Shown here: positions 53,999 to 63,093 of the stretch, in pieces
Layout: each line of letters starts with the position of its first letter
Position numbering within the stretch: the first letter of the stretch is position 1
Assembly: GCA_023150805.1 (NCBI GenBank)
Contig: JAKLKF010000021.1
Span: 1-64,000 of the forward strand
Direction: 5' to 3'
From: Myxococcota bacterium
GTDB taxonomy: Bacteria; Myxococcota_A; UBA796; UBA2385
DNA length: 64,000 bases
Position numbers and translations under genes: made by a program
The notes under the pieces: generated by a model
The model's database searches: none
The model's input: the letters and a program-made list of their open reading frames with translations, nothing else
Told to the model about the DNA's origin: nothing

Positions 53999-55396
53999 TC
54001 AGCTTCCCGGTCGCACCAGCACCGTCTGCAGGGTCTTGAGCACGATCAGCACGTAGAGCAGCGGGCTCATCTCCTGGATGGAGAACAGCTCGTACCGCAG
54101 CTTCTCGGCGGCGTCCTCGGTGGTGGCGCCGTAGCGGTACATCACCTGGGCCCAGCCGGTGACCCCCGGCTTCACGGCGAAGCGCAGCGCGTAGAAGGGG
54201 ATCTGCTCCTCGAGCTGGCGCACGAAGTGCTCGCGCTCCGGCCGCGGGCCGACCATGGACATGTCGCCGCGCAGCACGTTCCAGAACTGGGGCAGCTCGT
54301 CGATGCGCGTGCGCCGCAGGATGCGGCCGACCCGGGTCACCCGGGGGTCGCTGGCCCCCTGGGACCAGACCGCGCCCGTCTTCGACTCCGCGTCCCGCCC
54401 CATGGTCCGCAGCTTGATGATGGTGAAGGGCCGCTCGCCCTTGCCCAGCCGCTCCTGCAGGAAGAACGCGGGCCCCGGCGTCTCCAGCCGGATGACGATC
54501 CCCGCGACCAGGATCACCGGCGCCGACAGCAGCAAGCCCACCACGGCGAGCGCCATGTCCGCGAGCCGCTGGGTGGTGGCGATGAGCGGCCGGTCGGCGT
54601 TGAAGCCCGGCCCGAAGATGAGCCAGGTGTCGGCGACGTGGTCGATGGGCACCTTGCCCGTCAGCCGCTTGTACAGCGAGGGCATGTCGACGATGGTCAG
54701 CCCCCGCGACTTGCACTCCAACAGCTGCTGGGTGAGCCGCTCGTGCATCCCCCCGCGGATCGCCACGATCACCAGGTCGATGCGGTGCTTGCGGGTGAGC
54801 TTGACCAGGTCGACCGCCGGTCCCAGCACCAGCATCCCGGTCGGCGAGTGCAGGACCCGGTCGTCGACGAAGCCCACCAGGTCGTAGACCGAGCCGTGCT
54901 CCTGGTGGGTGCGCACCACCTCGGCGATCGCGTGGCCCGCGCGCCCGGCGCCCACGACCAGGCAGCGGTGCCGGCGCGTCGGCAGCGGGCGCACCACCGT
55001 CAGGGCCACGCGCCACCCGGGCAGCAGCACGCCGAAGCACAGGCTGGAGAGCGCCGCCACCCCGCGCCCGATCCACCAGTGCGGGAACAGGTAGAAGAGC
55101 GTGGCCTGCGCGAGGAAAGCCGCCGCGATCGCGAGCAGCAGCCGCAGCAGCTCCCTGCCGCGCCGGTAGTCCCGCCCCGGGTCGAAGGCGTCCGCCACGT
55201 AGAGCAGGACCAGGTGGGTCAGGACGAAGAAGACCGTCGCGCCGGTCTCTTCGGACAGGATCCGCGCCAGGCTGGCGGCGCCCTGGTCCAGGCCCAGGCG
55301 CAGGGCGTGGCCCACCTGGAGGGCGACCAGGGCCATCACCACGTCGCCCGCGACCATCAGGAGCTGCCGGCGCTGGTAGGGGATGCCCAGGACCAT
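53999..55396 (-). CDS. Undecaprenyl-phosphate sugar phosphotransferase (WbaP/EpsZ-like priming glycosyltransferase)
   Basis: ATG at 55396. N-terminal transmembrane helices, NAD-binding-like middle domain, and the bacterial sugar transferase domain (IDELPQFWNVLRGDMSMVGPRP). Confidence 0.85.
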   Translation of the reverse strand: MVLGIPYQRRQLLMVAGDVVMALVALQVGHALRLGLDQGAASLARILSEETGATVFFVLTHLVLLYVADAFDPGRDYRRGRELLRLLLAIAAAFLAQATLFYLFPHWWIGRGVAALSSLCFGVLLPGWRVALTVVRPLPTRRHRCLVVGAGRAGHAIAEVVRTHQEHGSVYDLVGFVDDRVLHSPTGMLVLGPAVDLVKLTRKHRIDLVIVAIRGGMHERLTQQLLECKSRGLTIVDMPSLYKRLTGKVPIDHVADTWLIFGPGFNADRPLIATTQRLADMALAVVGLLLSAPVILVAGIVIRLETPGPAFFLQERLGKGERPFTIIKLRTMGRDAESKTGAVWSQGASDPRVTRVGRILRRTRIDELPQFWNVLRGDMSMVGPRPEREHFVRQLEEQIPFYALRFAVKPGVTGWAQVMYRYGATTEDAAEKLRYELFSIQEMSPLLYVLIVLKTLQTVLVRPGS

Positions 55397-56631
55397 CAGG
55401 TGCTCTCCGGATCCGCCGGCAGGCCCCCCGGCGCCCGCTCGACGGCCAGCGGACCGGGCCGCGGCCCGCCCACCTCGGCGATCACCTCCTCGTACACCGC
55501 GCGGGTGCCCTCCAGCATGCGCCGCACGGTGAAGCGAGCCTCGTAGGCCGCACGCCCCGCGTCGCCCTGCCGCTGCCGCAGGGCCGGGTCCTGGAGCAGG
55601 GCCTGCAGCGCCGCGGCCAGGCCCGCCTCGTCCCCGCGGCCGACCAGGGCCCCGGTCCGCCCTGGCGCCACCGCCTCGCGCACGCCCCCGACGTCGCTGG
55701 CCACCACCGGCAGGCCGGCGCGCATCGCCTCCAGGACGACCAGGGGGAAGCCCTCCTGCCGGGAGATCAACAGCCCCACCTGCGCCTGCGCCATCAGCTC
55801 GGGCACGTCCAGCCGGGTGCCCAGCAGCTCGACCCGGTCGCGCAGCCCCAGCGCGTCGACGGTGCGCTCGACCGCTGGCCGGTCCGGCCCGTCCCCCACC
55901 AGGCGCAGCCGCCACGGGGCCGCGACCCGCGACAGCGCCCGCAGCAGCAGCGTGGGGTCCTTGGGCGCGGCCAGGCGCGCCACCATCAGCAGGACCGGCA
56001 CCCCCTCCCGTCCCGGACGGGCGCGGGGCGCGACGTCCGCCACCCCGTTGTGCACGACCCGCACCTGGGCGGGCCGCGCCACCCGGTAGCGCAAGCCCAC
56101 CTCGCGGTCGGCCTCGCTCACGACGATGAAGCGCCGCGTCCAGCGCGCCGCCGCCGCCTCCAGCGGGACGGCCAGGGCCTTGCGTCGCCAGGCGATCCCG
56201 TCGGAGAAGGCCCAGGAGTGGGCCGTGTGGATCGCCGGCCGCCCCTCCAGGCGCGCCGCCAGGCGCCCCAGCAGCCCGGCCTTGCTGCTGTGGGTGTGCA
56301 CCAGGTCCGGCCGCACCTGCCGGATGAGGCGCCGCAGGGAGCGGAGGGCCGGCAGGTCGCGGGCAGGGTCGATCTCCCGCTCCAGCTCGGGCACCACGTG
56401 GACCGGCAGGCCCAGCGCGCGCGCCTGGTCCGTCAGCCAGCCCTGGTCCCCGCAGGCCAGGACCGGGTCGACCGCCCCGCGCAGGCCGGCCAGGAGGTCG
56501 CGCACGTGCACCTGGGCGCCGCCCGGCTCGGCGCGGGTGATGACCACCAGCGCCGTGGGCCGCTCGCCCCGCCCGCCGTGCCGCCCGGCTGCGTCCACCT
56601 GCTGCCCCTCTGCCGCCCGCCCCGGGACCAC
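55396..56631 (-). CDS. Glycosyltransferase family 4 (start uncertain)
   Basis: LVVITRAEPGGAQ N-terminus and EGFPLVVLEAMRAGLPVVASDVGG C-terminus. ATGA overlap with wbaP. Confidence 0.75.
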   Translation of the reverse strand: MVPGRAAEGQQVDAAGRHGGRGERPTALVVITRAEPGGAQVHVRDLLAGLRGAVDPVLACGDQGWLTDQARALGLPVHVVPELEREIDPARDLPALRSLRRLIRQVRPDLVHTHSSKAGLLGRLAARLEGRPAIHTAHSWAFSDGIAWRRKALAVPLEAAAARWTRRFIVVSEADREVGLRYRVARPAQVRVVHNGVADVAPRARPGREGVPVLLMVARLAAPKDPTLLLRALSRVAAPWRLRLVGDGPDRPAVERTVDALGLRDRVELLGTRLDVPELMAQAQVGLLISRQEGFPLVVLEAMRAGLPVVASDVGGVREAVAPGRTGALVGRGDEAGLAAALQALLQDPALRQRQGDAGRAAYEARFTVRRMLEGTRAVYEEVIAEVGGPRPGPLAVERAPGGLPADPEST

Positions 56632-56717
56632 CCCGCGGGGGCACCCAAGGTAGCCCGTCCGGCCTCCGGCCGGCGACCGCGCGCGCTACCCTCGGCGCGA
56701 AGGGCAGGAGGAGGCCG

Positions 56718-58157
56718 GTGTACGAGGTGCGGGCGCCACAGGCCCACGGCGTGCGGCCCGCGCTGTGGCACGAGGGCCGGGTGATCACCCACGAGGAGCT
56801 GGCCGACGCGGTCGAGGCGCTGGCCGGCAGCCTGCGGGACCGCGGCCCCGGGCTGGTCCTGGCCTTCTGCCGCGGCCGCCCCGGCACCGTGCTGGGCCTG
56901 CTGGCCGCCCGCGCCGCCGGCCTGCCGGTCGCGCTGGTCGACGCCAACCTGGCCGCGCCGCAGCGCCGGGCCCTGGTCGAGGCCTACCGCCCGGAGTGGA
57001 TCCTCGACGACCGCCCCGAGGACGACGCGGTCGAGCGCCTGCCCGTGGAGGACGCCGTGCTCGGCCGGCGCCCCGGGCCCCCCGGCCCCGCCCCTCACCC
57101 CGACCTGGCCCTGCTCCTGTCCACCTCGGGCACCACCGGCAGCCCCAAGCTGGTCCGGCTCTCGGCCGCCGCCGTCGCCCACAACGCCCGGGCCATCGCC
57201 GCGGCCCTGGACCTCGGCCCCGAGGAGCGGGCCCTGCAGGCCCTCCCCCTGCACTACTCCTACGGGCTCTCCGTCCTGCACAGCCACCTGGTCGCCGGCG
57301 GCAGCGTGGCGCTGACCGAGCGCTCGCCCATGGAGCGGGGCTGGTGGCAGGACCTCGCCGACGCCGGCTGCACCAGCCTGCCCGGCGTGCCCACCGGCTG
57401 GCGCCACCTGCTGCGCCTGGGACTGCTCGACCGCGCACCGCCCGGCCTGCGCACGTGCACCCAGGCCGGCGGGCGGCTGGAGCCGGAGCGCGTCCGCCTC
57501 CTGGCGAGCTGGGCCGCGGCGCGCGGCGGCGATCTGCGCGTCATGTACGGGCAGACCGAGGCCACAGCCCGCATCGCCGTGATGCCGCCGGGGGCCAGCC
57601 TGCGCCGGCCCGAGGCGGCGGGCCGGGTGCTCGCGGGCGGCGCGCTGTGGATCGAGGCGCCCGGCTCGGCCGGACCGGAACGGCCTCCCGAGGTGGGAGA
57701 GGTCGTCTACCGCGGCCCCAACGTGATGATGGGCTACGCCCGGCGGCGCGCAGACCTGGCCCGGGGCGACGAGCTGCAGGGCGTGCTGCGCACCGGCGAC
57801 CTGGGCCGGCTGGACGAGGCGGGGCTGCTGGTGCTGGCCGGGCGCCGCAGCCGCCTGGCCAAGGTCCACGGCCTGCGCCTGGAGCTGGACGAGGTGGAGG
57901 CGCTGCTGCAGCCCCACGGCCCGACGGCCGCGCTCGAGGGTGACGACGAGCTGGTCCTGGCCTGCGCCTGGGGCAGCCCGGCGGAGCTGGGCGCCCTGGC
58001 GCCGACGCTGGCGGTCCGCTTGCGCCTGCCCGCCGCCGCCCTGCGCCTGGTCCACCTCGACGCGCTGCCCCTGTCGGCCAGCGGCAAGATCGACTACCCG
58101 GCGCTGCGCCGGGAGCTGCTGCCCGCCCCCCTCCCCGCCGCCGTGGACCCGCGATGA
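56718..58157 (+). CDS. AMP-dependent synthetase/ligase (adenylating enzyme)
   Basis: GTG at 56718. Core motifs LLSTSGTTGSPK, YGQTE and GDLGRLDEAGLLVLAGRR. Confidence 0.8.
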   Translation: MYEVRAPQAHGVRPALWHEGRVITHEELADAVEALAGSLRDRGPGLVLAFCRGRPGTVLGLLAARAAGLPVALVDANLAAPQRRALVEAYRPEWILDDRPEDDAVERLPVEDAVLGRRPGPPGPAPHPDLALLLSTSGTTGSPKLVRLSAAAVAHNARAIAAALDLGPEERALQALPLHYSYGLSVLHSHLVAGGSVALTERSPMERGWWQDLADAGCTSLPGVPTGWRHLLRLGLLDRAPPGLRTCTQAGGRLEPERVRLLASWAAARGGDLRVMYGQTEATARIAVMPPGASLRRPEAAGRVLAGGALWIEAPGSAGPERPPEVGEVVYRGPNVMMGYARRRADLARGDELQGVLRTGDLGRLDEAGLLVLAGRRSRLAKVHGLRLELDEVEALLQPHGPTAALEGDDELVLACAWGSPAELGALAPTLAVRLRLPAAALRLVHLDALPLSASGKIDYPALRRELLPAPLPAAVDPR

Positions 58158-59242
58158 CGCTCGACGCCCTGCTCGCCGCCACGCCGGGCCAGGTCTCGCT
58201 GGCCGAGAAGGAGGCCGCACTGCTGGCGCTGCTGTCCGAGCGCACCGCCTGGCACCGGCAGCGCTGCCCGGCCTACGCCCGCCTGCTCGACCAGCTCCAC
58301 CCGGGCGTCCACGCCCCGGCCCGCCTCGCCGACCTGCCCTGGCTGCCCGTGGGCCTGTTCAAGAGCCACGAGCTGGCCAGCGTGCCGCCGGCCGAGCGCT
58401 TCAAGGTCCTGCACTCCAGCGGCACCACCGGCCAGGCGCGCAGCCGCATCGTGCTCGACCGCGCCACCGCCGCCCTGCAGGCCCGGGGCCTCGCCGCCTG
58501 CCTGCGCCCGGTGCTGGGCCCCCGGCGGCTGCCCATGCTGCTGGTCGAGAGCGCCGACCTGCTCACCGACGCGCGCGCCGCCTCGGCCCGCGGGGCCGGT
58601 GTGCTCGGGATGATGGCCCTGGGTCGCGACCACCTCTTCGCGCTGGACTCCGACCTGGAGCTGCGGATCCCGGCCCTGGCGGACTGGCTCTCGCAGCACG
58701 GGCACGCGCCCTTCGTCGTGTTCGGCTTCACCTTCCTGGTGTGGCGCCACCTCGCCCTGGCCGCCGAGGGGCGGGGCCTGGACATGTCCCAGGCCATCCT
58801 CGTCCACTCCGGCGGGTGGAAGAAGCTCCAGGACCAGGCCGTCGACCGGGCCACCTTCCGCGCGGGCCTGCGCGAGCGCCTGGGCATCGAGCGCGTGCAC
58901 GACTTCTACGGCATGGTCGAGCAGGTCGGCAGCGTCTTCCTGGAGGGCGAGGACGGGCTGCTGTACCCGCCGCCCTTCGGCGAGGTGCTGGTCCGCGACC
59001 CGCTGCGCTTCGAGGTGCTGCCCGACGGCGAGGAGGGCCTGCTGCAGGTGTTGAGCCCCCTGCCCCTGAGCTACCCGGGCCACAGCCTGCTCACCGCCGA
59101 CCTGGGGGTCGTGCACCGGGTCGAGCGGGGTCCCGGCGGGGTCCCGGCCCGCGGCCTGCAGGTGCGGGGCCGGGTGCCCCGGGCCGAGCTGCGCGGCTGC
59201 AGCGACACCCACGCCGTCGGCGCCGCCGGGGGCGCGCCGTGA
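58154..59242 (+). CDS. LuxE-like acyl-protein synthetase family protein
   Basis: ATGA overlap. SSGTTG nucleotide-binding motif (VLHSSGTTGQARSRIV) and overall LuxE-like length and layout. Confidence 0.65.
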   Translation: MTLDALLAATPGQVSLAEKEAALLALLSERTAWHRQRCPAYARLLDQLHPGVHAPARLADLPWLPVGLFKSHELASVPPAERFKVLHSSGTTGQARSRIVLDRATAALQARGLAACLRPVLGPRRLPMLLVESADLLTDARAASARGAGVLGMMALGRDHLFALDSDLELRIPALADWLSQHGHAPFVVFGFTFLVWRHLALAAEGRGLDMSQAILVHSGGWKKLQDQAVDRATFRAGLRERLGIERVHDFYGMVEQVGSVFLEGEDGLLYPPPFGEVLVRDPLRFEVLPDGEEGLLQVLSPLPLSYPGHSLLTADLGVVHRVERGPGGVPARGLQVRGRVPRAELRGCSDTHAVGAAGGAP

Positions 59243-60492
59243 GCGCCGCGGCGCCGCCGACGGTCCAGCGCCTGGCCCCGGAGCCCGGGCCGGTCGCCGT
59301 GCCCACGCTGCTGCGCGACCTGGCCGAGGCGCCCGACGGCCGCCCCTTCGACGCCGACCGGCAGGCCCTCTGCGCCGACCTCAGCGCCCGGCTGCTCGAC
59401 CACCCCGCGGCCCGGCGCTTCCCCGAGCTGGTGGCGCTGGGCTGGTGGCTGCGCCCCGCCGAGGTGACGCGGCTGGCGCGCGCCTTCGCGGCGCTGGAGG
59501 ACGAGCGCTCGGTGCTCTGCCCCCGGGGCCTGGCCCTGCACCTGCCGCCGGCCAACGTCGACACGCTGTCGGTGCACTCCTGGGCGCTCTCGCTGCTGGT
59601 CGGCAACCGCAACCTGGTCCGCCTCTCCTCCCGCCGTTCCCCGGTCAGCGACGCCGTGTCGGAGGTGCTCTCCGCCGCGCTGGCCGCCGCCGCGCCCGCG
59701 CTGCGCGCCGGCAACCAGCTCGTCTCCTACCCGCACGACGCCGCCGTCACCGCCGCCCTCTGTGCGGGGATCGACGCCCGGGTCGTCTGGGGAGGGGACG
59801 CCACCGTCGCCGCCCTGCGCGCCGTGCCGATGCCCGCCACCGCGGTCGACCTGTCCTTCGGCGACCGGTGGTCGCTGGCGGTGGCCCGCGCCGGGGCCTG
59901 GCGGGACCTGTCGGAGGAGGCCCGCGACCAGCTCGCCCAGCGGCTGTTCAACGACGCGTACTGGTTCGACCAGCAGGCCTGCGCCTCGCCGCGGATGCTG
60001 GCCTGGGTGGGAGCGGGCGGCCATGAATGTGGGCGGGAGCTGTTCACCCGGGTCGCCGCCCACGCGCGCGCCCGGGGCTGGCAGCCCGACGCGGCCACCA
60101 GCCTGCAGAAGCTGGAGTTCGCCGCGCGGGCCGTGCTGGACGCCGAGGTCCGCGCCCTGTTCCGCCCCGACCCGGCCGTCACCGTGATCGAGCTGCACCA
60201 CGCCCGGGGGCTGTCCCGCGCCCACGAGGGCGGTGGGCTGTTCTACCAGGTCGAGCTGCCCGACCTGGAGGCGCTGCTGCCGCTGGTCCAGCGGCGCGAC
60301 CAGACCCTGGTCGCCTTCGGCTTCTCCGACCCCGAGCTCCGCGCGCTGGCGCGCAGCCTGGGCGGGCGCGGCATCGACCGCATCGTGCCCTTCGGGCAGG
60401 CCCTGGCCTTCCACCGCTACTGGGACGGTCTGGATCTCTTGCAGGCCCTCTCCCGTCGAGTAGGGGTGCAGACCGACCCCGGCCTCCCCTGA
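59239..60492 (+). CDS. LuxC-like acyl-CoA/acyl-protein reductase family protein
   Basis: GTGA overlap. ~417 aa. Aldehyde-dehydrogenase-fold-like with conserved Cys region (DQQACASPRMLAWVG). Only the C-terminal third of ORF 57940..60492 is protein-like. Confidence 0.65.
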   Translation: MSAAAPPTVQRLAPEPGPVAVPTLLRDLAEAPDGRPFDADRQALCADLSARLLDHPAARRFPELVALGWWLRPAEVTRLARAFAALEDERSVLCPRGLALHLPPANVDTLSVHSWALSLLVGNRNLVRLSSRRSPVSDAVSEVLSAALAAAAPALRAGNQLVSYPHDAAVTAALCAGIDARVVWGGDATVAALRAVPMPATAVDLSFGDRWSLAVARAGAWRDLSEEARDQLAQRLFNDAYWFDQQACASPRMLAWVGAGGHECGRELFTRVAAHARARGWQPDAATSLQKLEFAARAVLDAEVRALFRPDPAVTVIELHHARGLSRAHEGGGLFYQVELPDLEALLPLVQRRDQTLVAFGFSDPELRALARSLGGRGIDRIVPFGQALAFHRYWDGLDLLQALSRRVGVQTDPGLP

Positions 60493-60493
60493 C

Positions 60494-62482
60494 ATGCCCG
60501 TCGACCTGCCCGAAGACCGCCAGCCCCTCGCCGAGCGCCTGCAGGACCTGCGGCGCGCGGCGCCCGGCTTCTGGCGACGCCAGGTCAAGACCGCGCGGCA
60601 GGCCCGCTACGGCTGGCGCCACGACAAGCAGATCACCTTCGTCTTCGGCTGCCAGCGCTCCGGCACGAAGATGCTGATGCGCGTCCTGGACCACAGCCCC
60701 GCCATCCGCATCTTCCACGAGAACCACGCCTCGGCCTTCCAGGACTTCCAGCTCCGCGCCGACGGCGTGCTGCGCGCCCTGGTGGCGCTCAACCCCGCGC
60801 CGGCCCAGGTCTTCAAGCCCATCTGCGACAGCCACAAGGCCGACCTGCTGCTGGACCGCTTCGACGACGCCCGGGGCCTGTGGATCTACCGGCACTACGA
60901 CGACGTGGCGAACTCGGCGGACGTCAAGTGGGGCGACCACCAGCGCCAGCTCGCCGACGCGGTCGCGAAGGGCGAGCTGGACACCTGGGGCTGGCGCACC
61001 GAGCGGCTGCCCCCGGAGGTGATCGCGGACATCCGCCGGGTGTGGCGGCCCGACCTGACGCCGTCCGAGGGCGCCCTGCTGTTCTGGTACCTGCGGAACA
61101 GCTTCTTCTTCACCCTGGACCTGCCCGCCCACCCGCGGGTCCACCTCGTCCGCTACGAGGACCTGGTCACCCGGCCCGAGCCGTCCTTCGCCCGGGTCTT
61201 CCAGGTGGTCGGCGCGCCCTTCGACCCCTCGCTGGTGGCCGGCGTGCGCAGCACCAGCGTCGGCCGCCGCCCCGCCCCTGCCGCCAGCCCCGAGATCCGC
61301 GCCCTGTGCCAGGGCCTGCTGGAGCGCCTGGACGCCGTCGCCGCCACCCAGGTCCAGGCCTGGACCCCGCCCCCCCCGCGGCCCCTGACCTCCCCGGTCC
61401 TGGTGCTCAACAACACGCTGGGGGTCGGCGGGGCCGAGCGCTACATCGTCACGGTGGCCAACTGGCTGGCCGCCCACGGCAGCCGCGTCGTGGTCGCCGC
61501 CGAGCACGGCCCCATGGTCGACCAGCTCGACCCCGCCGTGCGCTTCGTCGACGTGCCCCTGGCCCGCGTGCGGGCCGACCTGCCAAGGGCCGCCCGCCAG
61601 GTGCGGCGCCTCATCGAGCAGGAGCGCCCCGCCGCCATCGTCGCCAACTCGCTCGCCGTGACCTGGGTGGCGCGGGCCGCCCAGGGGCGCCGCCGGGTGC
61701 CCATCGTCAACGTCGCCCACGGCTGGCCGGCCGACCGCTACACCAGGGTCGGGCCCCTGATGCGGATCGCCGACGCGGTGGTCGCCGTCTCGCCCGAGGT
61801 CAAGCGCAAGCTCGTGGCCGGTGGCCTGGACGAGGGCCGCTGCACCGTGATCTTCAACGGGGTGGACTGCGCCCCCTTCCACCCGCGCCAGGGCCCGGCC
61901 CGGGACCAGGCCCGCGCGGCGATGGGCGCCGGCCCCGACGACCTGCTCGTGGTCAACCTCGGCCGCCTCTCGGCACAGAAGGCCCACCAGCACGTCGTCG
62001 AGATCGCCCGGCGCCTGCGGCAGGAGCTGCCCTCCCTGCGCTTCGCCGTCATCGGCGAGGGCGAGCGCCAGGACGAGCTGCAGGCCCGGATCGACGACCA
62101 GGACCTGGCCGACCGGGTGCGCCTGATGGGTCGGCGCATGGACGTGGCCGAGCTGCTGGGCGCCGCCGACCTCTTCCTGTCCACCTCGGACTGGGAGGGC
62201 ATGCCCCTGTCGATGATCGAGGGCATGGCCTCCGGCCTGCCGGTCGTGGCCACCGCCACCGAGGGCGTGGCCGAGTTGCTCGACGCCGAGAGCGGCGTCG
62301 TCGTGCCCGTGGGCGACGTGGCCGCCATGGCGAGCGCCGTGGCCGACCTGGCCCGCGATCCCGACCGCCGGCGCCACATGGGGCAGGCGGCCCGGGACCG
62401 GGCCCTGGCCAGGTTCAGCCACGACCGGATGGTGAGCGAGCTGGAGGCGGTCCTGGCGCGAGTGGGGGGTGCGCGGCGCTGA
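60494..62482 (+). CDS. Bifunctional sulfotransferase (N-terminal) / GT4 glycosyltransferase (C-terminal) fusion
   Basis: N-terminal 5'-PSB-like FVFGCQRSGTKMLMRVL and 3'-PB-like YRHYDDVANS. The C-terminal half is a full GT4 (LVLNNTLGVGGAERY ... EGMPLSMIEGMASGLPVVAT). Confidence 0.7.
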   Translation: MPVDLPEDRQPLAERLQDLRRAAPGFWRRQVKTARQARYGWRHDKQITFVFGCQRSGTKMLMRVLDHSPAIRIFHENHASAFQDFQLRADGVLRALVALNPAPAQVFKPICDSHKADLLLDRFDDARGLWIYRHYDDVANSADVKWGDHQRQLADAVAKGELDTWGWRTERLPPEVIADIRRVWRPDLTPSEGALLFWYLRNSFFFTLDLPAHPRVHLVRYEDLVTRPEPSFARVFQVVGAPFDPSLVAGVRSTSVGRRPAPAASPEIRALCQGLLERLDAVAATQVQAWTPPPPRPLTSPVLVLNNTLGVGGAERYIVTVANWLAAHGSRVVVAAEHGPMVDQLDPAVRFVDVPLARVRADLPRAARQVRRLIEQERPAAIVANSLAVTWVARAAQGRRRVPIVNVAHGWPADRYTRVGPLMRIADAVVAVSPEVKRKLVAGGLDEGRCTVIFNGVDCAPFHPRQGPARDQARAAMGAGPDDLLVVNLGRLSAQKAHQHVVEIARRLRQELPSLRFAVIGEGERQDELQARIDDQDLADRVRLMGRRMDVAELLGAADLFLSTSDWEGMPLSMIEGMASGLPVVATATEGVAELLDAESGVVVPVGDVAAMASAVADLARDPDRRRHMGQAARDRALARFSHDRMVSELEAVLARVGGARR

Positions 62483-62586
62483 GCGGCGGCGACGGAGCCA
62501 GCCCCGCCTCGCGCGCGTGATGGCGGCCCTGGCCGGTGATAGAGCCGCACCGTCCTTGCCCGTGCGGATCGCCCTTGGAGGCCGCC

Positions 62587-63093
62587 ATGCCCGCCGCTGC
62601 CCTCGCCACCCCGGAAGAAGACCCCGCCGAAGCCCTCCCCCTGCCCACGCTGCCGGTGATCCGCGACGGCTGCCTGGGCGACGCCCCGTCCCTCCGCGCG
62701 CTGGAGCTGCGCAGCTTCCCGGGCAACCACATGAGCCTGCGGCAGTTCCGCTTCCACCTGCGGAGCCCCCGGGCCCACTTGCTGGTGGCCGAGGTCGACG
62801 GCGCCCTGGTCGGCAGCGCCACCGTCCTGGTGCGGGCCAACTCGCGCCGGGCCCGCCTGTACTCGATCATGGTCGACCCCGCGGCGCGCGGCCTGGGGCT
62901 GGGCCGCAGCCTGCTCGCCCGCGCCGAGCAGGTCGCGCGCCAGGCGGGCGCCCGGCAGCTCTACCTGGAGGTCCGCCAGGACAACGCGGCCGCCATCGCC
63001 ATGTACGAGCGGCTGGGCTACCGCCGGATCGGCCAGGAAGCCGCCTACTACGACGACGGCGCGGACGCCTGGCGCTACGCGCGCGAGCTGTAG
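62587..63093 (+). CDS. GNAT family N-acetyltransferase
   Basis: SD ggaggc upstream of the ATG at 62587. Acetyl-CoA binding motif MVDPAARGLGLGRSLL. Confidence 0.7.
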   Translation: MPAAALATPEEDPAEALPLPTLPVIRDGCLGDAPSLRALELRSFPGNHMSLRQFRFHLRSPRAHLLVAEVDGALVGSATVLVRANSRRARLYSIMVDPAARGLGLGRSLLARAEQVARQAGARQLYLEVRQDNAAAIAMYERLGYRRIGQEAAYYDDGADAWRYAREL

